Part shown: one piece after another, positions 14,051 through 28,127 of the stretch
How the letters are laid out: each line of letters begins with the position of its first letter
Position numbering within the stretch: position 1 is the stretch's first letter
Assembly (NCBI GenBank): GCA_964016885.1
Contig: OZ024740.1
Location: forward strand, 64,232,001 to 64,296,000
Direction of reading: 5' to 3'
DNA length: 64,000 nt
Source of the DNA: Eledone cirrhosa
Lineage: Eukaryota
Program-made: the position numbers and the translations under genes
Notes under the pieces: generated by a model
Told to the model about the DNA's origin: nothing
Seen by the model: the letters and a program-made list of their open reading frames with translations, nothing else
Database searches by the model: none

Positions 14051-16051
14051 ATGGCTAATTCACCTCTGCACGAAGCAGCTGAAAGCCTTTCTCTCAAATT
14101 AACACCTCACACCGACACCACCATTGTAAATGATACTACGTCTGCCAACACACACAATTTAAGCACTAGCAATATTTTAAATTTGTCTCAGGCAGACATT
14201 AATTTCCCGCCATTACCAATGACTTCAGGTGTTAAAGCCTCAACCACCACCACCACCGCGACAACCACCACCACCACCACCACCACCACCACCACCACCG
14301 CGACAACAGAAACAAAAGAAGAAAAAAAATAAATTAACTCGTGATGTCGAAATGAAATCAAGCAAAATGGGCTCTTCCCCACCAAAGACGACTGATGTCA
14401 CCACCACCACAACTGAAACTAAAATTAATATTAACGATAGCAACAACAACAACAATGACATTAAAAAACCCCCCTCAGTTTTGCCAGAGTAGCAAAACAG
14501 TTCGAAGCATTTACGGTAACTCAGGCGGATTTAGAAAATGCCAAACAAATGGTAAAGAAAGATGGTTACAGGGTCAGCCTCACCCCCCACCTAATAAAAT
14601 GGAGCATCGGCGCCTATGCACCGTGTCGTATCGAACAATAAATGTAAAATCGCGCCGATTGGAACGGGCATCCGAGTCCCAAATCCAAAAAGCTTTGGGA
14701 CATGTGTGGGCAAGAAAAACCCACATCAGACGTGGGCAAAAGTATGGAACCGTGGACGTGTTCTTTGAAACACCAGAGGAGGCTAGAGAACACTCCATGG
14801 CCCCATTAAGAAGTGACGACTTCACACTCGTCCCAAGCTATTGTGGCCAGAGACTCGTAAAGATCAGGGTGACCCACGTTCCACCGGCCATCGTAATTCC
14901 CTGGCTAATAGCGGCTGTCCTCGCCGGCATCGAAGCCAACACGAAAATAATAGCAATAGCAAAAGAAAAGCAGGAGAACTGGTCCGGAACTGGGATGGAG
15001 CTCCTGATCCAAGCGGACCAAAAAAGCATTGAGGAGATCCCAGAGGTAATAGACCTCAATGACGGCAGCCACCTCACGGTAATTGTCGAGGGCAGAAGAC
15101 CTAGGTGTGTCGTTTGTGGTGAAGGAACCCACCTAAGGGCTTTCTGCCCCCAGGCTAAAAGGTTGAGGCCACCTCTCCTACCCACCCCAGTGACACAACC
15201 ATCAACACCACCAGTAGCAGAGATGGCAGCAACAACTGTAGCAGCAACAACAGAAGCAACTATAACAGCAACAACCCCAGCAACAGTAGCAAAACCAACA
15301 CCACCACCAGCAAAACCAACACCACCACCACCACCACCCAACGCTTCAGAACTAGCACCAGCGCCTACACCATCCACCACGCCACAACCAAAACTAACGG
15401 CTGTGGAGGATTTTCCACTCCCCGGCCTATCACAACTGGAGACAGATTGTGACGACGAGGAGTGGGAAACGATATCCGGAAAAAAAAAAGAAACCAAAAA
15501 AGAAAAAATTCTCTTTCTTCCCCCTCCAAAAACAAAATACAGAGGGAAACAAATAAATTAAGAAACAAAAAAGTTAGGACAGATATGCCACCATCCACAC
15601 CAGCATCACCAACCCCATCAACCCAAACACCAACACCATCACCATCATTAACCCCAACACCACCATCACCTACACCACAAAAGTCACCAAAATGCGAAAC
15701 AGAAACAAACCCACAACAAACGCAAACAAAACAAAACAACCAAAACGATACACACTACACAGCATTAAATTTGAACAACAAGCAATTATTACACTACATC
15801 CAACACAACACCAGCATCACAGAAAAAGACTACACAACAACCCCAAAATTCAAACCACCTCCACACATACAAATCACTCGCATCACACAGAAAACGTACA
15901 TGACACTAAAAAAAAAAAAGAATTCCCCAAAGACATCGGAGACTTCCGACAAGCACTCTCCAGGAGGATTTATAAGGACATCCTTCCTGAGGAGGCCACA
16001 AGCAGTGAAAAGGATGGAAAAACCGTCCTTCCCCTACTAGATGTAAGGTAA
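14051..16051 (+). pseudogene. Tx1 ORF1 copy 2, disrupted
   Basis: Same knuckle CVVCGEGTHLRAFC; several frameshifts at homopolymers. Confidence 0.85.
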
Positions 16052-16085
16052 GTGGTCTTTCCCATCTTTTCCACTCCTTTTCAAC

Positions 16086-19000
16086 ATGACCTCACTCAGA
16101 ATAGGCAGCATAAATGCGCGTGGCTTGGGGTCGTCATGGAAGCAGGGCCACCTGCTCAACGACCTCAGGTCACTAAACATAGATGTAGTGGCCATCAGCG
16201 AGACCAGAATCTCCGAAGCACAGGCTTTCGCACCGATCTTCGGCGGCTACGATGTGTACGCATCTCCCAGCCGTCCGGGATTGGGGGGGGGGGGGGAGTT
16301 GCTGTGCTTTTTCGGAGAAGTTTGGATCTTGCCATACGGGCCATCTTCCTGGACCCAGAAGGTAAGTTGGTGGTGCTGGACGTGACCACCGGAGACGGCC
16401 AAGCTTTCAGGTTAGTAGCCGTCTATGCCCCGACAGGAGCAGGGCGGCCTGATTTCTTCCGGCGTCTGGAGACCTTTCTTGGAACGTCCCGCTCTTTAGT
16501 GTTAGTGGGCGACAGGAACGGGATCTTAGATGCACGCTGGGATTGTGTGGGATTAGTGGATAGGGAAGGAGGGTGCAAGAGTCTCACCAACCTGCTCAGA
16601 CGTTTTGAACTGTCTGACAGGTACCGAATAGATTTCCCGAATGTACCAATGTGGACTTGGACAAATCGCATAGGGTCATCCAGATCATATCTAGATAGAG
16701 TATTTTGTAGGGAAATAGATAGGTCTAGCATAGGCTGTCCACAATTCAAGATAGTCAGCTACACGGACCACAAATTCGTGATCTGTGTGCTTGACTTAGA
16801 TAGGCTTCATAGACGAGGACCCGGCTACTGGAAGCTAAACGCGTCCTTACCAGCGCGCAAGGCCTACAGAGACCGGATTAGCGAACTAGTTAAGCGGGCG
16901 ACGACGGGGGCCATCGTCAACAACAAGTGGTGGTTTGCTCTGAAAAGAGCAATTAGAATAGAGTTCATTAGGTTTAGTAAGACTTTAGCAATAGAGAAAA
17001 ATAGAGCAGAGGGAGAATTAGTTAGAAAATTAGATGAGGCGCTTAGCAAAGGCATCGCGACCGACGTACTTGCGGCGAAATTGGCCCTTGACCAATTCTT
17101 CAATGCAAAGCACGAAGGCTGCGTTGTCAGAGCTAGGGTGCGTGCTCTCAGACACGAGGGGACGAAAGCCGTTCAATGGGCCCGAGTGGCGGAGGCGCGT
17201 CGTGGCAACAAAGCCACGATCTGGTCTTTGGTGGACCACGACGGGCGCATGCTACTCGATCCCGGGCAAATGTGTGAAGCATTTCAGCGACACTTCGCTC
17301 AACTGCTCGGGGGCAGTGGCGGGCCGGATCGAGGGATGGACTTTAGTGTCTACCTCGACGGACTGCCGCGGCTTTCGGCCACTGAGGCGGAGTGTTGCGA
17401 AAAGCCTATAACAACCGCTGAAGTACGGGATGCAATGACTAGTTGCACAAGGGGTAAATCGCCTGGTTTAGATGGTCTGCCCTATGAACTTTACGTACAA
17501 ATGCCAAACTTGTTCGGAGGCCTCTTGGCGGACGTCTACTGCAACTGGCAACAGAACGGGAGAATTCCCAGCTCTGTGAGCCGAGGAGCGGTGGCGCTGC
17601 TGAGAAAGGATCCGAACAAGGGGGATAACATAGATAATTTTAGGCCCATAACTCTGCTAAACACAGAGTTCAAGATTTTGGCCAAGGTGCTAGCAAAGAG
17701 GTTGGCGCTTGTCGTTGGTGGTCTGGTGGGAGAGGCACAGACATGCGCCATTCCCAACAGATCCATTCACGACAACCTCCACCTCATGCGATACATCGTA
17801 GAGAGGGTAGCTAGGGAACCTGGCACGGGTGGGTCTTTGATCAATTTAGATCAGTCGAAAGCCTTCGATAGGGTCGACCATCGTTACCTAGCGGCAGTCC
17901 TGAGGGCGGCTGGCTTTGGGCCCGTCTTCAGAGGCTGGATCGCTGCCATGCACAGCGACATCTGCTCTGTAGTGAGAGTGAACGGTCACCTTTCGGAACC
18001 GTTCAACATCATGCGCTCGGTCCGCCAAGGATGTCCCCTCTCGTCCCTATTGTACGAATTGACTCTCGAGCCATTACTGCACAAACTGGAGACGTTGAGG
18101 GGGTCCCGCGCGGAAGATCCGTGTCAGCACATGCCGACGATGTCACCGTAGTGGTGTCGAACGCCAAACACATCGAGGCGATCGGCACTACACTAAGAGA
18201 ATACGAAGCGGTGACAGGAGCAATGATCAACCAGGAAAAGTCAGTGGGCCTGCAGCTCGGCACCTGGAGAGGCAGGTCCATGCCGTCCAACAGCGTCGTC
18301 GGGCGCTGGACGGACGGACCGGTTAAATTGCTAGGGGTCTGGTTCGGTCCAGACCTCCAGACGGACAAAAACTTGGACGAGGTGACGAGCAGGGTGGCTT
18401 CTCTCACCCAGAAATGGGCCGAGAGGAAGCTATCCCTGAAAGGTCGAGCGGAGGTGGCGAATGCGTACATCGCATCCGTCATCTACTACCGCCTGACCGT
18501 CGTACCTTGTCCTAAGCCCCGCCTGACTGCGCTGGAGCGTTTGCTCTTTCGCTTCTTGTGGAAGGGACGCGCTCCGATGGTCAGACGGTCCATCTGCTGT
18601 CAACACCCGCTACGTGGAGGGCTGGGCATGCCGTGGCTGATGATGCGCAGACACGCGCTCAGGCTACGACATCTCCACCTCTTCCTCGACGGTGATCAGG
18701 TGTGGTCGCCGTTTGCTAGACACGTTTTTCCCCAGCTCGTCTCCTTGACGGAGCTGCAGTCCTGGGTCAAGCGAAGACCGAGAGGGAGGGCTTGGAGACT
18801 GGAATGTCTTCAGGCACTCACAGCCCTCGACCAATCGGGCAATGTGATCAGTGGAAACTCCACCTTGGCGTTCTATAGGGGATTAGTGGAGGGGAAGAGC
18901 GACGACGTACTTGGAGAAACTCTAGGCGTCGACGAAAATCAACTAGCCAATCTCTTCGGAAGGACTTTCGGGCCGGGGCCTATGGACAACTTCCAGAAAT

Positions 19001-19497
19001 CCCCGGCCTGGCAGTGCTACCGGGGTGCTTTGCCAGTTCGGGATAAACTTTACAGGCATGGAGGTGCCGTCAGCCGGGCATGTCCGAGATGCGCACAGGG
19101 CGACGAAACCGTCCTGCACGCACTCGTCCAGTGTCCGAGCATTGCTGACTTGTGGGTTTATGTCGAACACCTGCTGTCACGTGTAGGACGGATCCAGCTA
19201 TCAGCTGAGTCCATCGTGAGGATTGCCCCGCCCTCTTCCTTTAGCCGGGAAGGGCAGGAAGTTTTTATCTGTCTGGTGGCCATGGCGAAAGAGATAGTAT
19301 GGTGGACACGTTTGAAAGGGCTGAAGACGAGCACTTACCTCTTCGGTGATGCCCTGATTAACTTTTTCAAATTTCATCTGAAAAGGAAAATCAGGGTAGA
19401 GAGGGAAGTGCTCTCTTCCCAGCATTTTGTTGAAAGATGGGTGAGAGAAGCAAGTATGGCCCGAATGAATGGGCCTTCTCTGAGTATGTGTCTGTAA
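16086..19497 (+). pseudogene. Tx1 ORF2 copy 2, disrupted
   Basis: Frameshift at the G-run ~16285, small deletion at ~18112, and YADD changed to HADD. Confidence 0.92.
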
Positions 19498-19769
19498 ATT
19501 AAAGGTAGAAAACTGGGAGAGGGCACTTGCCCTGGTGGTCAGGGCCACTGTGGTCTTTTAATGGGCTTTCTCCACAAATGTCCTTCGGAAGTCTCCCCCA
19601 TATTGGGGAATTTTTCTTTGTTATTTTATTTCATCCTCTGTTTTTTTTACACGCAGAAATGCCCATTTGTACCGTCCTGTATTGTCCTTAATGTCTACTT
19701 TATGTAAACCCTTGTGGTTAATAATGAAAACATTATTATTATTATTATTATTATTATTATGTTATTATT

Positions 19770-22720
19770 CTTTGAGTCTCAGTCATTGATGTGAGTTAAC
19801 TGGAAAGTTTGTTGAGATGAATATCAAGCCACTACCTGCAGCCTCAGATATTCAGGACGTATCGGAGGGTTCTTGCTGTTCCCAGCAAGCATGCCTTTTG
19901 AAGCGTTCCAAAAAGCGTGAAGGGGCCAATTTTCTTTAACCATCCCTGTAAACTTTTTGAGATAGTACCTAGTGCGCCTATGACAATCGGGACCACTTTG
20001 ACTTCATGGCAATTCCAAATCCTTTTTACCTCCCACTTTAAGTCCTGGTATCGGTTAACTTTCTCCCTCTCCTTCTCTTGCACTCTCGTGTCGAATGGGC
20101 AGGCCACATCCACAATCAGGCACGATCTTTTTTCTTTGTCCATAACCACCAGGTCAGGTCTATTGTGTTCCAGTTTCTTGTCCGTCTGTATCCTAAAATC
20201 CCACAGCACCTTCACCTGATCGTTTTCTATCACCGCCTCTGGCTTATGCTCATACCACTTCTCAGAATGTGGTAAATTGTTTACTTTGCATAGGTGCCAG
20301 TGGATCACCCTGCCCATCATGTCTCCAGCCCTTATAGTGAGTCTGGGCTAGGTGTTTACACTCGGGTACAATGTGAGCCACAGTCTCCTCTCTCTCTCCA
20401 CAGATCCTGCACAGTGGGCTAGCCTCCTCCTTGTAAATGTGGTGTTTCAACCACTTCGTTTTGAGGGCCTGCTCCTGCACAGCCATTAACATTCCTTCTG
20501 TAGCCTTTTTAAGGTCTCCTCTTTTCAACCAGTTCCATGTCTGTGGATCTCTAAATTCAGTTTTCTCAAAGAAGGTACTATGAAGGGATTTTTCCTGAAG
20601 GCTGCTCTTTCTCCTTGATGTTATTTCCTCCTTGGACATCCCCTGGCATATTATCCCCTCCTTCAGTACAGCTCTGAGCAATGGCTCCTTACCATCAGTC
20701 ACGTATTTGTGTAGGTTGTTTTTCCCCATCTGAACACAGTCCTCTATGATGATAAGACCTCTTCCACCCTCAGATCTCCTTAAGTAGAGACTATCGACAT
20801 CACTCCTCTTGTGGAACATATTGTAGATAGTCAATAGCTTCCTAGTCTTCCTATCCATTTCTTTTTGTTCAGCAACATTCCATCTCAGAATTCCCGCACT
20901 GTACCTAATAATAGACACAGCTCGGGAATTTACTGCACTTATGGCATTCCTACTGTTCAGATGTGACTTTAATACGCTCCTTACTCTCCGAAGGTATTCA
21001 GTTCTTATCAATTCCTTCATTTTTTTGTTCTTGATGTCATCAGCCTCCAGAACGCTCAAATACTTGTATCCTTCTTCAGAGTCAATTTCTTTTATCATCT
21101 CACCTGTTGGTATCTGGATTCCGTTACTTCTGCTCAACTTACCCCTCCTCCTCACAATGACTCCACACTTACTAATACCAAATTGCATACATATATCATT
21201 GCTGAAAATACGGACAGTGTCAACAAGCACATCCAAATCCTTCTCACTCTTCCCGAAGAGCTTAAGATCGTCCATGAAGAGGAGGTGACTGATGGTAAGC
21301 CCTCCCTTTCCCAACCTGTATCCTGCTCTCACTTTTCGCAGTACACTGGTCAGGGGCATCAGGGCAAGGACAAACAACAGAGGGGACAGACTATCTCCCT
21401 GGAAGATACCTCTCTTGATCTTCACGCTTCCCAAGGATTCTCCAGTTGATGTTAACTCTATTTCCCAGGACTTCATACTTTTGCCCAACAACTGCCTGAT
21501 GTTATCTGCCACCTTGAAGATCTCCAGGCTTTTGGTGATCCAAGAATGAGGCACCATGTCAAATGCCTTTTTGTAGTCTATCCATCCCATGGCAAGACCA
21601 GTGTGTCTCCTCTTGCAATTCCCCATTACCATCTTATCAATAAGTAACTGGTCCTTTGTACCACGTGACTTCTTTCGGCAACCTTTCTGTTCGTCCGGTA
21701 ATAAGTTGTTTGTGTGGAGGTGATGGTAGATTTCCTCAGATATAATGCTTGTCAACAGTTTCCACATTACGGACAGACATGTGATAGGTCTATAGTTGGT
21801 AACATCATTACCCTTGATTCGGTCTTTCATTACCAGAACTGTGGTACCTTTTGTCAACCACTCTGGTACCTCACCTGACATCAAGCAGTCATTGAACATG
21901 GTTGTCAGTTTCGGGTGGAGGGATGTTATGTTTTTAATCCAATACCCCTGCACACCATCTGGGCCAGGTGATTTCCAGTTGGTTAGTTTTTTGGCCCGCC
22001 CCTTAAGAGTTTCAACTGTGATACTCAAATCAGTTTGTTGGCGTGCCTGTTCACTGATCTCCTTCTGTACTGTCTCAATCCACACTGCCTGGTCATTATG
22101 TTTAACATCCTGCTCCCATATTCCTCTCCAGAATGTTTTAGTTTGTTCCGCCTCAGGGATCAAGTCGTTGCCTCTTTCTTTCCCTTCAAGCTGTCCAAAC
22201 AGTATCTTCTGGTTGTTGTCGAACATGCGGTTCTGTCTATACTGGCTGACCCTGTTCTCGTATCGCCTGATTTTTGCACTTTTTGCTACAATGCGTTGCT
22301 TCAGTTCCTCTATGATAATATATAGCTTTTTCCTCCTAGTTTTGTACTTTATTTCCAGTCTATTTTTAGTGTCTATGTTTTTTAGTGTCCCATTCAGTAG
22401 GGACTCAAGCTTTCCAATGTCATTTCTCATTTCCCTGATTTGACCACTCAGTCGTTTCTTCCACCAAGGCTCTGCTCTTTGTTGTCTGTTGTTTCCTCTC
22501 GCTTTTATACCAAGTAGTTTCCTCACCGTATTTGCTGTTGCTTTGAGGATATTGTTGGACAGGTGAAGGCTCCTCGCCTCAAGGTATGAGATGACTTTGT
22601 TTACCTTAGTTGTTGTTTCTTTTAACTTTTTCCTGTCTACAAATCTTAGGTTCATAGGTCTCCCACTATCATTGTTCAATTCATCTACCACTAAGTTTAG
22701 GATATCTACCAAATCTTGTC
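19770..22720 (-). mobile_element. 5'-truncated R4/Dong-like LINE (RT, CCHC, restriction-like endonuclease) with (AAT)n tail
   Basis: YRPITCL, DYKKAFD, GIFQGDSLSP, FMDD, CRIC...H...C and NRPDLVV...DVACP motifs. One frameshift at ~20320; ORF ends at 19844. Confidence 0.9.
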
Positions 22721-22779
22721 CTATGCACCCTATCGAGTTACGTTACTCCAAAGACCCTTCGGCGGAAACCTATTTCGGC

Positions 22780-23335
22780 CGCATGTATTCGCGATGGTAT
22801 TCTTTCGGACATTACCCGATAGTAAGGGTTGACATGATTACTGAATTGAAGATCGCGAGTTTGGCTTTTACGCCTACCTCATTTCCTCTGACTACTGAAA
22901 GGTGAAGCTGGCGCATTACTGTACCAGCTCCTGCATTTATTGCACTTAATTCAGCCTCCTGTCTTCCATCACTTGTAAACACGACCCCGAGATATTTGCA
23001 CTTCTCTACTTGCTTCAGTAGAACTCCATTCACATGCTCAGTGAACTGTGCAGGCTTCCTTGAGAGGACGAATGACTCAATTTTTGCAGAACTGATTTTC
23101 ATTCCAGCCATGCAACACTCGGCATCAAACCTATCAATTGCAAGGCGGCGATCACCTTCTGTCCATTTAAGTAACACCATGTCGTCTGCAAATTCCAGCC
23201 GGCAGATTTTACACCCACCATTCGTGATACCACTTCATATCCGGCTGTACATGTCAATCCTGTTCATGAAAGTAATGGACAGAAGAGGTGACAGCAGGCA
23301 TCCTTGGTGGAGTCCGACTCTCACATTGAATGGTC
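22780..23335 (-). pseudogene. Degenerate RTE-type RT fragment
   Basis: Minus strand reads FNVRVGLHQGCLLSPLL, EFADDMVLL and KYLGV. Confidence 0.8.
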
Positions 23336-23434
23336 ATAGGTATGTTCATTCAAAACTTACGGGGCGCTTAAACGACGGCAACATTTGTCATGATCATCGC
23401 TAAACTTTTGTATATAAATATATGCTTATAAGTA

Positions 23435-23703
23435 ATAATTGTTTCTACTTTTGGCACAAAGCCAGCAAATACCCAGTGCATTACTGGTACTTTATTTTAA
23501 GGCACAAGGCCAGCAATTTGGGAGGAGGGGAAAGTCGATTAAATCGACCCCAGTGCGTGACTGGTACTTTATTTTATCGACCCCGTAAGGATGAAAGGCA
23601 AAGTTAAGCTCGGCGGGATTTGAACTCAGATCATAAAGGGCCGTAACTCTATGCTGCAAAGCATGGCGTCCGACCCTGTACCGCTACTGCCAATCCATCG
23701 CCC
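23435..23703 (-). mobile_element. tRNA-derived SINE copy with duplicated 3' part
   Basis: Same family as 3580-3763; ggcaca...ctggtacttt is present twice. Confidence 0.85.
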
Positions 23704-24275
23704 TGCTTATAAGTAATAATGGAAGGAAAAAGAATAACTTTGCGCTTATTCTAAACTTTTGTAATAATCTTAATTTGAGATATTACATATTAGTGACTTT
23801 TCAGCATACGAAGTGATTTGTATGCCAACGGACGTGAAGATTGGTATAGCGAGGTTTGAGAATGTAATCTCATTACGATAACAGAAAATAGAAAATCTGT
23901 GCAAATCTATAGGATCTGAAATACACATCTGAATCCCTAAACAGTTTATATATGCATATGAAACTTCCCCAGCTACGAAAGCGTCTATTTGTATAGAAGA
24001 CGAAGATTGGGCGTAAAGGATGGAGAGAATTAAGCTCATTAAGATGTAAGCCAGACCATTGTTACTTAAATGAGATGCAATTTGGAAAACGTAATCAACG
24101 ACGGAATATTGAATACTTAAAGTCAGCCATTTCTTCCTCATCTTTCTTTCACCGCTTTAATCTTTCAGTAAATGTATTTCTGAGGAACAGACAACTTGTC
24201 ACACATAGGCAAAAAATGTGCATATGTGTGTGTGTGTATGGGTGTGTATGTATGTGTGTGTGTGTGTGTGTGTGC

Positions 24276-24308
<33 letters not shown>

Positions 24309-24779
24309 TGTGTGTGCATACTAAGCATGTGTTCGTATGTGCATCTACAGTAGTATTAACGATCGTCGTTTTGTGTTTGTTGTGATTGTATATTTGCTTT
24401 CAAAGAACGACAGTAAACACATTTTAAAGTAAAGTACTCCATGAATACTTTACTTTAATGCTAAGTGGGTATATCTATTTACAAACAAACATACAAGGGT
24501 TCTTATAAAACTACATTTGTTGCTTTTCGACAGAATTTCTCAAATGAATACTTGCATGCATATATATAGAATGCATGCAAGTATATAGGAAACAAGAATA
24601 CTTCAGAAATACGGTTGAACTATAGTATCCGGGAAAAGTAGTGATAGTTTGCATTGGTATACAGCAAATACAAAGATGTCACAAAGGAGGATGAATCATT
24701 TTGCTGTAGAAGGAGAAGTACAACATTTTAAAGCCTATTAGTCGGAACGTGTTGAGGTAATGTTGTATTGCAACTTATG

Positions 24780-24944
24780 ATGTATATGTGTATGTGTGAA
24801 GGTTAATACATTTATGGATGGCTTTCAACACATTATATGAAAAGGCCTATATATATATATATATATATAGGCCTATAGGCCTTTTCATATAATGTGTTGA
24901 AAGCCATCCATAAATTTATTAACCTTCACACATACACATATACA

Positions 24945-24945
<1 letters not shown>
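24780..24945. repeat. Fold-back inverted repeat around (TA)n
   Basis: 24780-24850 is the reverse complement of ~24875-24945. Confidence 0.85.
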
Positions 24946-24991
<46 letters not shown>

Positions 24992-25091
24992 TGATATCAC
25001 CGGATTCATACGGAACCCGGTCATTGAAATGATCATAGTATAATAAACCTTTCAAGGATTTACACAAATCCAGCCTCCTGTCATTTCATTA

Positions 25092-25144
<53 letters not shown>

Positions 25145-25228
25145 CCATTATATATATTATATATACCATTATATATATTTTAAAGGATTGTAAATAAAAC
25201 GAGTAAATCAGACAAAGTTGGAATTCCT

Positions 25229-25264
<36 letters not shown>

Positions 25265-25378
25265 TAAGAGGAATTCCAACTTTGTCTGATTTACTCGTTT
25301 TATTTACAATCCTTTAAAATATATTTAATGGTATTATAATGAAATAGTATGATAGAATATTAAATTCTAAGTGTTAAT

Positions 25379-25417
25379 TGAACAAGTACTTTCATGCTTT
25401 CGCAATCTTCAGGTTCA
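25379..25417 (-). ncRNA. Minimal hammerhead in the Neptune-like pLTR (also 29587-29625 minus, 30100-30138 plus)
   Basis: tgaac-CTGAAGA-ttgcGAAAgcat-GAAA-gtac-TT-gttca. Confidence 0.75.
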
Positions 25418-25797
25418 TGATATGTGGTGACAGTCGAGTTTGCAATTTTCAACTGTAATGAGATGGGTACATTTCCTACCTTTTATATATTTTATACAGA
25501 GAAAAGTGGCTCCAGAATGCAAAGCCCTGTAAACTGTATTTCGACCAATCAGTGTGTAGTTTCACTGAATTACTACAGCTGATTGGTTTAAGCGTCACGG
25601 CTGGTTGAGCATGCTAACGACCAATAGTCATATCCAACGTATCAATTGTTTTGCTTTTTGAAATGATGAAAATAGCATTTTCTATTAATCATCACCATCA
25701 ACATCACTTTTATTATTATTATTATTGTTGTTGTTGTTGTTGTTGTTGTTAGTGGTCGTGGTCATAGTGGTAGTAGAAGTAATACCCCTAGGCGTTA

Positions 25798-28127
25798 TTA
25801 TTGTTCATTTAGCTTGGGTTTGAATTTATCAATAAAATTCTTTTCTTTGATTTTTCTCTTGATTTCACTTGGGCTGTGTAATTTGTAGAATGGGAATATT
25901 ATAAATATTCCCTGACCACATGTTGCCAGGTGGCCGCTTAGGGGTATCTGACGGACATTTGGGTCTCTGATTTGTTGACGGTGTGTACCCGTGCACGTTC
26001 CGATAGTGCATTTCCAGTTTGACCGACATATAGTTCTTCACAATTCGGGCATTTAATGCAGTAAATTAGATTTCTGCTTTTGCAGTTCATATTTGCATTT
26101 GGGAATATTTTTCCAGTTTTTGTTTTCATATATTGACCGGCGTGTATGGATTGACATGTGCCGCATCGATTATCATTGCATTTAGATACAGTGAATGATT
26201 GGTCTTTGTTGTTAAGGTCAAACTTTGCTTTTGTTAGCAATTGCTTCAAATTTTTTGGCTGTCTTTTACTAAGAGTCAAAGATCGATCTGTGATTAAGCC
26301 TTTTAATTCGTTACTTTGAGCAATGATCGGTAGGTTTGCTTTGGCAGTGTTGAAGATATTCTGGTGACATGGGTTGTGTGTCATTATAAATGTTATGACC
26401 AGTTCTTGGTTTCTTCTTCCTTGGATTGTTCTAAGTTGTTGTATAGGTATTTTTATAGCCCGCTGTATGCCATTTTCTATAAGTAGAGATGGGTATTTTT
26501 GTTTGAGCAAAAATTCTCTTAGTTCTGTTAGGCGTTTGTACCTGGTATTCGTATCTTCTACAATGGTACAAATTCTTCTAGCTAGGCATTATGGGATGTT
26601 GCGTTTTGTATTAGGTGGATGGCACGACTTAAAATTCAGATATTGATGGGTGTCTGTGTGTTTATAATATATATCCGTGGTAATGGTGGTGTCGTTTTTG
26701 ATTATCATTATATCTAGGAATGGTAATTTGGTCCTTCTCATCTCTTTTGTGAATTGGAGAGATGGGTGTAGGTTATTCAGGAGGATATTGAACTCATCCA
26801 GAGTATCTAGAGATTCTGTCCAGATGATGAAACAGTCGTCAAGGTATCTCTTCCAAGATTTTTCAATGTACTTTCTAAAGTCAGTACTATACTTTTCCTC
26901 TATTTCTTGGTAGAGTTGTTGTTCTAAGTATCCCATTACAGAGTTCGCGTAAACGGGAGCAAACTTCGTTCCCATCGCTGTGCCTCTAATTTGGATGTAA
27001 TTCTTTCCATTGAAGAAGAAAGTGTTGTTTTCCAGAATAAGTTTAACTGCGTCTAATATAAATGGCGCTGTGAATCTAATGGGAATCACTTCTCTATGTT
27101 TTTCCACCCAGTATTTAACCGCCTTTATTCCTAAATCATGTGTAATGTTGGTGTAAAGGCTTACCACATCAAAACTGAGTAGAAGTGAATTCGTTTCCGT
27201 GGTTTTGGGAAGATGGGACAGGAAGTCGATATCATCCCGGATGAAACTGGGTATGTGAATACATAGTGGTTTCAAAATAATGTCAACAACATTGCTTAGA
27301 CGGTGGGTGGGGCATGTTGGACCAGCTATAATAGGTCTAAGTTTTAAGTCTTTTGGGTGTAATAATTTAATGTACTCACTGTTTTGTTCTCTTACTGCCA
27401 GTTGTATTTCTTTTGACTTGTGAACTTTCGGTAGGCCATACAGGTTGCTGGGTTTCGGCTCAAAATTGGTGATGTAGTCTCTTTCCTTATCAGTAAATGA
27501 GTTGTGGTATTTTGAAGCCAGGTTGTTGATCTTCTTCATGATGTTGTGGTCTATATTTGACGGTATTTCATGATAGAATGTTGTCTCTTTCAGTTGTTCC
27601 TCAACCAAATCCTTGTAGTATTCAGTATCCATTATAACAACTGCACCCCCTTTATCTGCTTGTTTAATTATTATTGTTTTATCATTTTGTATACGTTTAA
27701 GTGCAGACATTTCTGATTTGTTAATGTTTGGCCTAACATTAGTATTATGTCTAAGAGGAAATTTAGACAGGATGTCAATGTATTGGTCGAGATAGATATT
27801 TCTTCCTTTTGGCGGAGTGAAATTTGATTTATTCTTTACTAGTGATTCATCACTCTCGTTATTTTTATCAGCGAAGAATTCTACAAGACGTAATTTTCGA
27901 CAGAATTCTTGGGTATCCTCCTTCAGTTCTTGGTGGTTGACTGTTGGAGTCGGTGTGAATTTCAGTCCTTTTGACATAATTTGCATTTCATCATTGTCAA
28001 GATCTCTTTTAGATAAATTAATTATTTTAGGATCTACGTGTACAGCTGTTTTGGGTATGTTTCCTCCTGGAGTTTTTCTTTTTCCGGTTTTTGTTGTCCT
28101 GACGTTAAAAAATGAATTTTTCTCTGT
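25798..28127 (-). pseudogene. PLE RT-GIY-YIG ORF (one nonsense codon at 26589-26591, 2-bp insertion at ~25983)
   Basis: IINLS..SKGLKFTPTP, ADKGGAVV, YGLPKVHK, RPII, DVVSLYT, GTAMG, RYLDD, FLD, CNDNRCGTC and LIYCIKCPNCEELYVGQTG; the C-terminus continues ...FKPKLNEQ*. Confidence 0.92.

Larger units (their letters stand above)
13844..19732 (+). mobile_element. Full-length Tx1 (L1-clade) LINE, copy 2, inserted in (ATT)n
   Basis: Same 5' and 3' ends as copy 1; separated from it by (ATT)n at 13800-13843. Confidence 0.95.

Noticed and set aside
23770-24141. 123-aa non-repetitive minus-strand ORF
   Set aside because: No recognisable domain or splice support; the length is compatible with chance.
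26589-26591. Stop between RT and GIY-YIG as programmed readthrough
   Set aside because: TAA at an expected Tyr (NIPY) is most simply a point mutation; the copy has another lesion.
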